A stretch of DNA of 64,000 nucleotides, taken from an uncultured Chloroflexia bacterium (GTDB lineage Bacteria; Chloroflexota; Limnocylindria; QHBO01). The notes beneath the pieces are model-generated. The model made no database searches and was not told the origin of the DNA. It was given only the letters and a program-made list of their open reading frames with translations. Shown here piece by piece: positions 51,232-60,295 of the stretch; position 1 is the stretch's first letter, and each line of letters starts with the position of its first letter. The stretch covers positions 32,001-96,000 of the forward strand of contig CAWHAZ010000005.1 of assembly GCA_963827475.1 (NCBI GenBank). The letters are read 5' to 3'. The position numbers and the translations under genes are program-made.

Positions 51232-52267
51232 ATGAAGGCAGTCATCTTCCGTCGGCGCGGTGGACCGGAGGTCCTCTCGTACGAGGACGTCGCCGATCCG
51301 GTCCCCGGCCCCGACGAGGTCCTCGTGCGGGTCGGGGCATGCGGTTTGAACCACCTGGACCTCCATGTCCGCGAGGGGAGCAACGGGATGCGCGCACCCC
51401 TGCCCCACATCGGAGGATTGGAGCCTGCGGGAACGATCGCCGCGGTTGGAACCGCCGTGACGGAATGGTCGGTGGGAGACCGGGTCATCGTCCTCGCCTT
51501 CACCGCGGATGGCACCTGCGCGTTCTGCCGCGACGGCCGGGAGAACCTGTGCGAGAACCGCGAGATCATCGGTCTGAGCCGAGATGGCGGCTTCGCCGAG
51601 TACGTCGTTGCCCCGGCTTCGTGCCTCGTCCGCACGCCGGATGGGCTGACCGATACCGAAGCGGCTGCCCTGCCGTCCGCGTTCGGCACGGCCTGGCACA
51701 TGCTCGTCACCCGGGCCCAGACCAAGGCCGATGAGTGGGTCCTCGTCCTGGCGGCGGGCTCCGGCATCGGGAGCGCCGCGATCCAGATCGCGAACGAGCT
51801 CGGTTGCACGGTCATCGCGACGGCCGGGTCGGAGGAGAAGCTGGCGAAGGCGCGAGAGCTGGGGGCGGCGCACGTCATCAACCACGCCGAGACGCCGCGC
51901 TTCGAGCTGGAGGTCATGAAGATCACCGATGGGCGCGGGCGTGGACGTCGTGTTCGAGCACATCGGTCCGGCCACCTGGCGCCACAGCCTGGCCAGCCTG
52001 CGGACCGGCGGCCGGGTGGTGACCTGTGGGGGCCTGACCGGGCGCATGGCCGAGACCGACCTGTGGAACCTGTTCTGGCGCCAGTTCACGATCCTCGGCT
52101 CGATGGGCGCGACGCGCTCCGACCTGGCCGGCGTGCTGGGACTCGTGGAGGGCGGGCGGGTGCAGCCGGTGATCGACCGCACCTTCCCGCTGTCGGAGAC
52201 GCGGGCTGCCCAGGAGCATCTCGACGCCCGCCGCGCCTTCGGAAAGGTGGTCGTGGTCGCCGACTAG
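51232..52267 (+). CDS. Zinc-binding dehydrogenase/quinone oxidoreductase (frameshift near 51935)
   Basis: CGLNHLD, CAFCRDGRENLC, GGFAEY, AGSGIG, FGKVVV. Confidence 0.88.
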
Positions 52268-52288
52268 GCGCCGCCGGCCAGGGGAAGC

Positions 52289-52773
52289 TCAGTCGGCGTA
52301 CAGGTCGGGGTCGAGCAGCCAGGCAAGCTCGCCGGAACCCGGTTCGGGGATGCCCGGGAACTCGACGCAGGCCAGCCCGCCTTTCCGCATGCGGACGGCG
52401 CTCGCGCCGGTGAGGCGCCGCACCGCCATGCGAGAGGTCGGGCTCGTGGCCGACGAACATCACCCGCCGCGCGTCGCGATGGGCAGCGAGCGCCCGGGCG
52501 AGGTCTGCCCAGTCGGCACCGGGCCGCAGCCGGTCGTCGACGACCGGCTCGTGGCTCGATCCGATGCCCGTCGGCGAACAGCTGAGCGGTCTGCAGCGCT
52601 CGCGGAAACGGCGAGCTGAGGATGACGTCCGGTCGCAGGTTCAGTCGGCGCCAGACCGGGGCCGCTGCCTGAAGCTCGGCTGATCCGGCATCGGTCAGCT
52701 CCCGCGCATCGTCGTCCGGGTCCATCGGGTCGTGGTGGCCCGCCTTGCCGTGGCGCAGGAAGTACAGGATCAC
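52289..52773 (-). CDS. sixA: SixA-like phosphohistidine phosphatase (frameshifted)
   Basis: LYFLRHGKA, RELT, SSPFPRALQTA, MFVGHEPDLS. Confidence 0.8.
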
Positions 52774-53168
52774 GAGTCGGCCTCGCCGCCCCGCGTCCCC
52801 GCGTGGCCGGCCGCGACTCCGCGAGCGTGCCCGGTCCGCGGGACGACAACCCTGCCGTGGGTCAGGGCCTCGGCCCTGGGGAGCGTGATCGACAGGACAC
52901 CGTTGCCGTAGGTGACGTTGGCCCGCACCGCGTCGACCGGGTACGGGAGGTCGATCGTCCGCTGGTACGGACCGTACGACCACTCCCGCCGCAGGTGGGT
53001 GATCCGCTCCTGCCCCTCCCCTCGCTGCTCGGCGCGGAGGGTGAGCCGGCCGTCAGCCGTGACCTCGACGCTGATGTCCTCAGGGGCGACGCCGGGCATC
53101 GGCGCGACGACCATCAGCTCGCGCTCGTTCTCGAACAGGTTGACCGGAACCTCCGGACCGATGGTCAT
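52770..53168 (-). CDS. Hsp20/alpha-crystallin family protein
   Basis: MPGVAPEDI, REWSYGPYQRTIDLP, YGNGVLSITLP. Confidence 0.88.
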   Translation of the reverse strand: MTIGPEVPVNLFENERELMVVAPMPGVAPEDISVEVTADGRLTLRAEQRGEGQERITHLRREWSYGPYQRTIDLPYPVDAVRANVTYGNGVLSITLPRAEALTHGRVVVPRTGHARGVAAGHAGTRGGEADS

Positions 53169-53171
53169 CGG

Positions 53172-54389
53172 TCAGTCGGGGAAGGCCTCGGGGCCGCGCT
53201 CGGCAAGCTCGCGGGCCTCGGCATCGGCGTCCCTGGCCGGCAGCCAGCTGAAGGGGTAGGCCGGGTCCTCCAGCTCGCCCGCCTGGCGGGTGAGCTGGAG
53301 CGGGTGGAAGGTGTCGATCATCACCGCCAGCTCCTCGGTCGCCTCCCGACCGATGGACGCCTCGACCGTTCCCGGGTGCGGTCCGTGGGGGATCCCGGCT
53401 GGATGGACGGTGAACGAGCTGATGTCCACCCCGCGGCGGCTCATGAAGTTGCCGGCCACGTAGTAGATGACCTCGTCCGAGTTGATGTTCGAGTGGTTGT
53501 ACGGGGCGGGGATGGCCAACGGGTGGTAGTCGAACTTGCGCGGCACGAAGCTGCAGATGACGTAGTTGCGCGGCTGGAAGGTGAGGTGGACCGGCGGCGG
53601 CTGGTGGACCCGTCCGGTGATCGGTTCGAAGTCGGAGATGTTGAAGGCGAACGGCCACAGGTGCCCGTCCCAGCCGACGAGGTCGAAGGGGTGGTGCTGG
53701 TAGTGGTAGGCGGTGATCCGGCCGCGGGTCTTGACCTCGATCACGAAGTCGCCGCTCTCCGTGTTCGCCGCCATCTCGGCGGGCGGTCGAAGGTCGCGCT
53801 CGCAGTACGGGGAGTGCTCGAGGAGCTGGCCGAAGTCGTTGCGATAGCGCTTGGGCGGGACGATGGCCGACGGCGACTCGACCCACAGCATCCGCTGCGC
53901 CTCGCCCGCCGCCGGGACGACGCGGTACGTCGTTCCGATGGGAATGACCAGGTAGTCGCCGGGGCCGTAGTCGATCGGTCCGAAGATCGTCTCCAGCGTC
54001 CCGTGCCCCTCGTGGACGAACAGCATCTCGTCCGCCTCGCCGTTGCGGTAGTAGCGGGTCATCGCCTCCGCCGGCCGAACGACCCCGAAGGTGACGTCGT
54101 GGTTGAAGAACAGCGGGATCCGGCCGGAGAGGGCGTCACCGGACGGCTCGACGTCCTTGGTGTTCACCAGGTAGTGGCGATGCGGCGCGTCCGACCAGGC
54201 CTCGAGGGCGACGTCTCGAACCTTCTCGATGCGGTTGGTTCGGGTTGGCGGGGTGTGGTGGTACAGGAGGGACGCTCGACCGCTGAAGCCCTCGACCCCG
54301 AACAGCTCCTCCGCGTAGAGCGTGCCGTCGTCCTTCCGGAACTGGGTGTGGCGCTTGGGCGGCACCTGGCCGCGTTGGACGTAGAACAC
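53172..54389 (-). CDS. hmgA: Homogentisate 1,2-dioxygenase family protein
   Basis: HPFDLVGWDG, VHQPPPVH, PYNHSNINSDEV, HPAGIPHGPHP. Confidence 0.88.
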   Translation of the reverse strand: MFYVQRGQVPPKRHTQFRKDDGTLYAEELFGVEGFSGRASLLYHHTPPTRTNRIEKVRDVALEAWSDAPHRHYLVNTKDVEPSGDALSGRIPLFFNHDVTFGVVRPAEAMTRYYRNGEADEMLFVHEGHGTLETIFGPIDYGPGDYLVIPIGTTYRVVPAAGEAQRMLWVESPSAIVPPKRYRNDFGQLLEHSPYCERDLRPPAEMAANTESGDFVIEVKTRGRITAYHYQHHPFDLVGWDGHLWPFAFNISDFEPITGRVHQPPPVHLTFQPRNYVICSFVPRKFDYHPLAIPAPYNHSNINSDEVIYYVAGNFMSRRGVDISSFTVHPAGIPHGPHPGTVEASIGREATEELAVMIDTFHPLQLTRQAGELEDPAYPFSWLPARDADAEARELAERGPEAFPD

Positions 54390-54455
54390 GAGACGGCCAT
54401 TCTAGGTCGGCGCCGGCTGCGGCCGGTCGATCGCCCGGTGCGGGATGGACCTGGA

Positions 54456-55298
54456 TCAGCCCGTGGTCCGGCGGCGGCCCGGCCTGGGGTTGTCAGCCAC
54501 CGCCGCGAGCACCGCTTTCAGCTCGAACGGGGTCAGGCCCGGGTGCTTGGACAGGATGAGCGCGGCCATGCCGGCCACGTGGGGAGCGGCGAACGAGTTG
54601 CCGGTGGCCACCGTCTCGGTGCCGTCCTTCCAGGCGATCGGCACGTCCACGCCCCAGGCACCGAACTCGACCGGCGGGTTGGGGTTGTAGTACAGGCGCC
54701 ACTTGTCCGGCTCGGCATGCGCGGCGACCGAGACCACGCTGCTGAACAGCGACGGATACGAGGCCACGTTCACGTTGTTGGCCGCGCTGACCAGGATCAC
54801 GTTGCGGAAGTAGGCCTCGTCCGCGAGCTCGTGGAAGACGGGGTACAGGGCCTCGCTCTTCGACGACAGGCTCAGGTTGGCGACCTGGACCCCGCGCTCG
54901 ATGGCCCACGACAGCCCCTCGGCGAACGCCGCGCCCTTTCCCTTCAGGTCCTCGTTCAGGACCCGGACCGAGACGATGTCGGCGTCCGGGGCGAGGTCCA
55001 GGATGATCCCCGCGCAGGCCGTGCCGTGGCCGTAGAGGTCGATCGGCTCGTCGGGCACGACCTCCGTGTCCCCGCGCCGATCAACGCGAACCGCGACGCT
55101 TTCCACCAGCCGATCCTCGAGCCACGGATGGTCGCCCTCGACTCCACTGTCGATGACGGCCACCGTCACGCCCTTGCCGGTCGCCCCTCCCCAGGCCCAC
55201 GACCGATCGATCCGCCGCAGCCCGGCGCGACGGGCCAGCCGATCGGCCGCGGCGAATGGCTCGGCCCAGGCGGGCAGCTCCTCCGGTTCGACCGACAT
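54456..55298 (-). CDS. S8 (subtilisin-like) serine peptidase, compact, no signal peptide
   Basis: VAVIDSG (Asp), GHGTACAG (His), GNSFAAPHVAG (Ser), VSAANN. Confidence 0.92.
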   Translation of the reverse strand: MSVEPEELPAWAEPFAAADRLARRAGLRRIDRSWAWGGATGKGVTVAVIDSGVEGDHPWLEDRLVESVAVRVDRRGDTEVVPDEPIDLYGHGTACAGIILDLAPDADIVSVRVLNEDLKGKGAAFAEGLSWAIERGVQVANLSLSSKSEALYPVFHELADEAYFRNVILVSAANNVNVASYPSLFSSVVSVAAHAEPDKWRLYYNPNPPVEFGAWGVDVPIAWKDGTETVATGNSFAAPHVAGMAALILSKHPGLTPFELKAVLAAVADNPRPGRRRTTG

Positions 55299-55305
55299 CG
55301 GTCCG

Positions 55306-56100
55306 TCAGCGACGGCGGGAATAGGTGCGCCGAGAGGCCGCGTTGGCGGCAATGGCGGCCAGGACGTCGCTGACCAGGCTCAGCTCCGCCTCTCCCAGCC
55401 CCCGGAGCTGGGCCACCTGGTCCGCCAGCCGCCAGTACGGGCTGTCGGCGTCGAGGTCCATGTCGTCGGAAGCCGCGGCGACCAGGGCATCGAGCTGGGC
55501 ATCGGTCAGGCCGTTGCCGGTGGCTCGGGAGAAGGCGGTGCGGAGCAGCTGCGGCAGCTCGCGTTGGGCTCGGGTCACGGCGATGGCGGTCGCGGCCTGG
55601 GCGGCGAAGACCCCGATCAGCTCCATGTCGCGGAGGTCGAAGGTGGCCGATCCCTTCTTGTCGAGGACCTGGAGCACGCCGTGGGTGCCCAGCTCATCGG
55701 TGAGGGGCACGGCGGCGATCGAACGGGGCACGTAGCCGGTCTTCTCCGCCGTCTTGCGGTCGAACCGTGGATCCGACGCGACGTCTGACAGGGCAATGGC
55801 CTGGCCGGTGGAGTACACGAAGCCGGCGATGCCCTGGCTCGGTTTCACGCTCTTCCCGATCGCGCCCGCGCCCTGCGGGCCAGCGGCGACCCGAAACTCG
55901 AGCCGGTCGGGGTTGCGCTCGAAGAGCGCGATCGACGCCGCCTCGGCGTCGAACAGGCGGACCGTGGCATCCACGATCGACTGCAGGAGACGCTCCTCTC
56001 CGCCGGGGTGGAGCCGATCGGCCACCGCGGCCCGCTCGGCCCCGGCGCGAACGATGGCCAGCGCCTGGTCCAGGGCCCGCGACGAGGGGCGGCTGCTCAT
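55306..56100 (-). CDS. Stand-alone GAF-domain protein
   Basis: DAEAASIAL, GIAGFV, DVASDPRF, RSIAAVPL, GVLQVLDK, FDLRDMEL. Confidence 0.88.
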   Translation of the reverse strand: MSSRPSSRALDQALAIVRAGAERAAVADRLHPGGEERLLQSIVDATVRLFDAEAASIALFERNPDRLEFRVAAGPQGAGAIGKSVKPSQGIAGFVYSTGQAIALSDVASDPRFDRKTAEKTGYVPRSIAAVPLTDELGTHGVLQVLDKKGSATFDLRDMELIGVFAAQAATAIAVTRAQRELPQLLRTAFSRATGNGLTDAQLDALVAAASDDMDLDADSPYWRLADQVAQLRGLGEAELSLVSDVLAAIAANAASRRTYSRRR

Positions 56101-56111
56101 CGGGGCATAGC

Positions 56112-56143
56112 GTAAGGCGGCGGGGGGAGCCCCGCCGCCTTAC
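56112..56143 (-). terminator. 14-bp perfect stem-loop after the repeat-protein gene
   Basis: GTAAGGCGGCGGGG-GGAG-CCCCGCCGCCTTAC (plus strand). Confidence 0.75.
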
Positions 56144-56161
56144 CTGCTCGGGAAGCTGTCG

Positions 56162-56680
56162 TTACCGCTTCTTGGCCGGCGATGCCTTGGCCTTTGCCCG
56201 CGCTCGGGCGTGGCCCTGGGTGTCGTCACCGGTCGCCCGCTTCTTGGCGGGAGATGCGGCCTTGGCCTTCGCCCGGGCTCGGGCGTGGCCCTCGGTGTCG
56301 TCATCGGCGCGGGTGCGGGCCCGGGTCTTCGCCTTGCTGACGGCGCGGGTCTTGGCCTTGGCGTGGGCGTGGCCCTCGGTGTCGTCATCGGCGCGGGTGC
56401 GGGCCCGAGTCTTCGCCTTGCTGACGGCGCGGGTCTTGGCCTTGGCGTGAGCGTGGCCCTCGGTGTCGTCATCGGCGCGGGTGCGGGCCCGAGTCTTCGC
56501 CTTGCTGACGGCACGAGTCTTGGCCTTGGCGTGGGCGTGGCCCTCGGTGTCGTCATCGGCGCGGGTACGGGCCCGAGTCTTCGCCTTGCTGACGGCACGA
56601 GTCTTGGCCTTGGTATGGGCGTGGCCTTCCACGTCCTCGTCTCCGGAGACGCGGCCCCGGACTCTGGCTCTCTGGTCCAT
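56162..56680 (-). CDS. Tandem-repeat protein, putative multi-cassette peptide precursor (DDTEGH repeats)
   Basis: GGGAGG RBS; six D-D-[TV]-[EQ]-G-H motifs, each followed by an Ala/Lys/Arg-rich cassette. Confidence 0.8.
   Translation of the reverse strand: MDQRARVRGRVSGDEDVEGHAHTKAKTRAVSKAKTRARTRADDDTEGHAHAKAKTRAVSKAKTRARTRADDDTEGHAHAKAKTRAVSKAKTRARTRADDDTEGHAHAKAKTRAVSKAKTRARTRADDDTEGHARARAKAKAASPAKKRATGDDTQGHARARAKAKASPAKKR
56285..56620 (-). repeat. 4 x 84-bp coding tandem repeat (AHAKAKTRAVSKAKTRARTRADDDTEGH)
   Basis: Visible directly; copies differ mostly at synonymous positions. Confidence 0.92.
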
Positions 56681-56739
56681 GGTGGTTTCTAGCCTCCCGA
56701 TTGTTGCTCCGGACCCGATGGCCCGGAATCTCGGGCCTC

Positions 56740-56807
56740 ACGGTATGGAACCAGCCTTGCCGGTACCGATCACACCGGCGACAGCTGGGGTGTCAATTGG
56801 CCGACAC
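56740..56807 (-). promoter_or_regulatory. Putative CRP/FNR-activated promoter of the repeat gene
   Basis: TGTCA-N6-CGACA (56791-56806), GATCA-N6-CGACA (56768-56783), -10 TACCGT (56745-56740). Confidence 0.5.
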
Positions 56808-56823
56808 GGCGCTCCGGCCGATC

Positions 56824-57534
56824 CTAGCGAACCGCGAGTTGTTCCAGACGGTCGAGATCGGGGATCACCAATGTCTCGCGCTCGATGCGCACCAGTCCGC
56901 GATCGACGAGGTCGACCAGCAGCCGGTTCACGCTCTGGCGCGTGGCGCCAATCATGGCAGCCAGATCGGATTGTGTGAAGGGCCATTCGAGCCGGGCCTC
57001 CAGGCGGCCGTCATCGGTGCGCTGCGGCGGAGGATCCGCCTCCCGGGCCAGGCGCACGAGGCGGCTGGCCAGCCGCCCGCTGAGGTCGAGGAAGTGGAGC
57101 TCCTCGACGTGCCCGGTCAGGCGCCGCAGCTCGGCGGCCAGCGAGCGGAGCAGGCAGTCGCGCAGCCGCTCGCTGCGCCCGATCTCCTCGAGGAACGTGT
57201 CCCGGGGCAGGCTCACCGTCTCGGTCGCCTCGACCGCGGCAGCGGTCGCGGAACGTGGCGAGCCGTCCAGCAGGGAGAGCTCGCCGAAGAAGTCGCCCGG
57301 ATGGAGCGTGGCGATGATCGCCTCGTCGCCCTCGTCCGAGGACAGCACGATCTTCACCGCCCCCGACGCGACGACGTGCAGGGCATCGGCCGGATCGCCC
57401 TCGTGGAAGATGACCTCGCCCCGCCGGAATCGGCGGCGGCGGACATGGCGGACGACCTCCGCCAGATCTTCCGGCTCCGCACCGGTGAACAGCGGGCACC
57501 GCAACAGCAGGCCCAGGGTCACATCGTCAGCCAT
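56824..57534 (-). CDS. Crp/Fnr-family transcriptional regulator
   Basis: IFHEGD, FFGELSLLDGSPRSATA cNMP pocket, HTH TQSDLAAMIGATRQSVNRLL. Confidence 0.95.
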   Translation of the reverse strand: MADDVTLGLLLRCPLFTGAEPEDLAEVVRHVRRRRFRRGEVIFHEGDPADALHVVASGAVKIVLSSDEGDEAIIATLHPGDFFGELSLLDGSPRSATAAAVEATETVSLPRDTFLEEIGRSERLRDCLLRSLAAELRRLTGHVEELHFLDLSGRLASRLVRLAREADPPPQRTDDGRLEARLEWPFTQSDLAAMIGATRQSVNRLLVDLVDRGLVRIERETLVIPDLDRLEQLAVR

Positions 57535-59199
57535 TGCTCGGTCCCTCCTCGGCGGAAGCGTCCAGGCGCGCCGCGGCGCCGCGGTGCATGTCCAGCAGGC
57601 GTGAGGTGAGCCCCGGCCCGGCACCCACCAGCTCGAGGAATCGCTGGACCGTCGAGCGCGAGCAGCGCGCCCTCCGCGGCGGCGGTCACGGTCGCGGTTC
57701 GCGGCACGCTGCGCAGCAGTCCGATCTCCCCGAAAACCTCGTCCGGCCCCAGCGTCCGGAGGAACCGCGGCGCGCCGCCCGGATCCTTGGTCTGGGTCAC
57801 CTCGAACGCCCCGTCGAGGATGTGGAAGAAGCGATCCGCGGGGTCGCCCTGGCGGACCACGACCTCACCCGGCAGGACCCGCACGCGAGACAGGTGGCGG
57901 GCAGCCTGCTCCAGGGAGGCGGGCGAAGGCCCATCGAAGAGCGGCAGCCGGACGAAGCGGTCCGCGCCCGGGTCGAGGCGGAGGCGCCGCCGATCGGCCG
58001 ACCACCAGCGTCCCGATCAGGGTGGCCGCGACCATCGCGATGCCAAACCCCAGGAGGACGACGACCGGTCCGACGATCGCCGCCAGGACCGGAGCCAGGA
58101 AAGCGCCGAGCGCGTAGGCGGTCACGGTCACCGTGTCCATCGCGCCGATGGTCCGGCCCCGGATCGCGTCGGGCACCTCGCGCTGGAAGATGGTGGTGGC
58201 CACCACCTCGAGGACGAGCATTCCCGCGGTCGCCACCGCCATGGCGGCGATGGCCGCCAGCAGCACCGCCGACTGGCCGACCAGGATCACCCCGACACCC
58301 AGGGTCACGCCGCCCACCGCCAGCGGGACGTCGAGCCGGCGACGGAGGGTCATCGGTCCCGCGACCAGCGCCCCGATCAGCCCGCCCAGCCCGATCGCCG
58401 CGTTCAGCCACCCGGTCCCCGCGTCGCCCGCCCCGAGCACCTCGATGGCGATGACCACGGTCAGCACGGCCAGCCCGCCCGACACGAACCCATCGACCAG
58501 GTTGATGAGCCCGAGGCCCGAGAGCGGCCGGATCGCCGGTCGCACCGCTTCCCGGAAGGCCGGCTGTGGCTCCGCTCCCGCGTCCTCGGCGGCGACCCGG
58601 CCCCGGGCCTGATCACGAGGCAGACGCCACAGGACCGCGGCGACGACCATGAAGCTGACCGCGTTCAGGAAGAAGGCGAGCGGAATGCTGCCCAGGCTGA
58701 TGAGGATGGCGCCGACCGCCGGCCCGATGATGAACGCGAGGTTGTCCAGGCTCGACCACGCCGCGTTGGCCGGGCCGAGCTCGCGCTCATCGGTGACCAG
58801 GGTCGGGATGAGCGAGCCGATGGCCGGCGAGAAGAAGGCGGAGAAGCATGCCGCCAGCAGGCTGAGCGCGACGATGAGCAGGATGTCCCCGCCCAGCAGG
58901 GTCAGGGCGGTGAGGGCGAGCATGATCAGCCCGCGGGCGACGTCGGTGACGATCAGGATGAGACGGCGGTCGTACCGATCGGCGGCGATGCCGGCCGGGA
59001 CCGACAGCAGGATGTAGGGCACGATCCGGGCCGCGCCGACGATCCCGAGCACGAGCGGCGACGCTCCGGATCGGTACACGACCACCAGCAGGGCGACGAG
59101 GTACAGCCAGTCGCCGATGGATGACACGAACTCCCCGACGAACAGGCGGGCGAGGGCCGGATTGGCGAAGACACGCCGGTAGGTCGCGAGGCTGCCCAT
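57527..59199 (-). CDS. MFS transporter fused to C-terminal cyclic-nucleotide-binding domain (frameshifts near 57890-57990 and 57645)
   Basis: GIAADRYDRRLIL MFS motif, about 12 TM; then VVRQGDPADRF, FGEIGLLRSVPRTATV. Confidence 0.85.
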
Positions 59200-59236
59200 C
59201 GGTCCGGCCAGTCTAGTGCGTACACTCGGCACGCCC

Positions 59237-60292
59237 ATGGCGGTCCCGGTCATTCGCTCCAACGCCCACCTCGCCCACGACAAGCTCGTGGAGGTCGACT
59301 TCGGGAAGCCGATTCCCGGGTACGAGGTGCCCGCTCGCGCGATCGAGATCGAGAACGCGCTGGTCGAGGCCGGCGGCTATCGGTTCGAGGAACCGACCCA
59401 CCATGGGGAGCTGCCGATCCTCGCCGTCCACGACCAGGCGCTGCTCGAGGTCCTGGCCACCGCCTGGGAGGACGCGATTGCCGCCGGCGTCACCGACGGC
59501 ACCCAGCCGCTCATCCCGGGCACCCTGCTGACGACGGCCTACGCCGCCGGCCACGACACCGGCCTGCCGGCCCCCGGCTATCGGCTGTTCGGCTACACGT
59601 TCGACACCGCCACCCCGATCGTGGCGGGCACCTACCGCGCCGCGCGCGTCTCGGTGGACGTGGCCCTCACCGCCCTCGACCGGTCCCGCGGCGGGGCGCA
59701 CATCGCGTACGGCCTGTGCCGCCCGCCGGGCCACCATGCGGGGCGTGCCCTGTACGGCGGCTATTGCTTCTTCAACAACGCGGCGATCGTGGCCCAGGCG
59801 CTCTCGGACGGCGGCGCGTCCCGGGTCGCGATCCTCGACATCGACTACCACCACGGGAACGGGACGCAGCAGCTGTTCTGGGAGCGTCACGACGTGCTGT
59901 ACGTCTCGCTCCACGGCGACCCGAGCCGCGCCTATCCGTATTACTCCGGCTACGACAACGAGGTCGGCTTCGGGGCGGGCGAGGGCATGAACCTGAACAT
60001 TCCGCTCCCCCCGCGGACCGACGGCGATGCCTACCTCGCGGCGCTGGAGATCGGGTTGCAGGCCATCCAGGACCACGACCCCGACAGCCCGCTCGTCGTG
60101 TCCCTCGGCTTCGACACCTTCGAGCGCGACCCGATCGCCGATTTCGCGCTGAAGACCGAGGACTACCACCGGATCGGTGCCGCGATCGGTGAGCTCGATC
60201 GGCCGGTCATCGCGCTCCAGGAAGGCGGATACGCGATCGACGCGCTGGGGGCCAACGCCGCCAGCTTCTTCGCGGGCCTCCGGGGCCGATAG
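59237..60292 (+). CDS. Histone deacetylase family / acetylpolyamine amidohydrolase-like protein
   Basis: RPPGHHA, GYCFFNN, DIDYHHGNGTQ, SLGFD, QEGGY. Confidence 0.93.
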   Translation: MAVPVIRSNAHLAHDKLVEVDFGKPIPGYEVPARAIEIENALVEAGGYRFEEPTHHGELPILAVHDQALLEVLATAWEDAIAAGVTDGTQPLIPGTLLTTAYAAGHDTGLPAPGYRLFGYTFDTATPIVAGTYRAARVSVDVALTALDRSRGGAHIAYGLCRPPGHHAGRALYGGYCFFNNAAIVAQALSDGGASRVAILDIDYHHGNGTQQLFWERHDVLYVSLHGDPSRAYPYYSGYDNEVGFGAGEGMNLNIPLPPRTDGDAYLAALEIGLQAIQDHDPDSPLVVSLGFDTFERDPIADFALKTEDYHRIGAAIGELDRPVIALQEGGYAIDALGANAASFFAGLRGR

Positions 60293-60295
60293 CGG

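Noticed and set aside
56285-56620. 84-bp tandem repeat as a CRISPR array
   Set aside because: No unique spacers, period is a multiple of 3, variation is mostly synonymous and there are no cas genes
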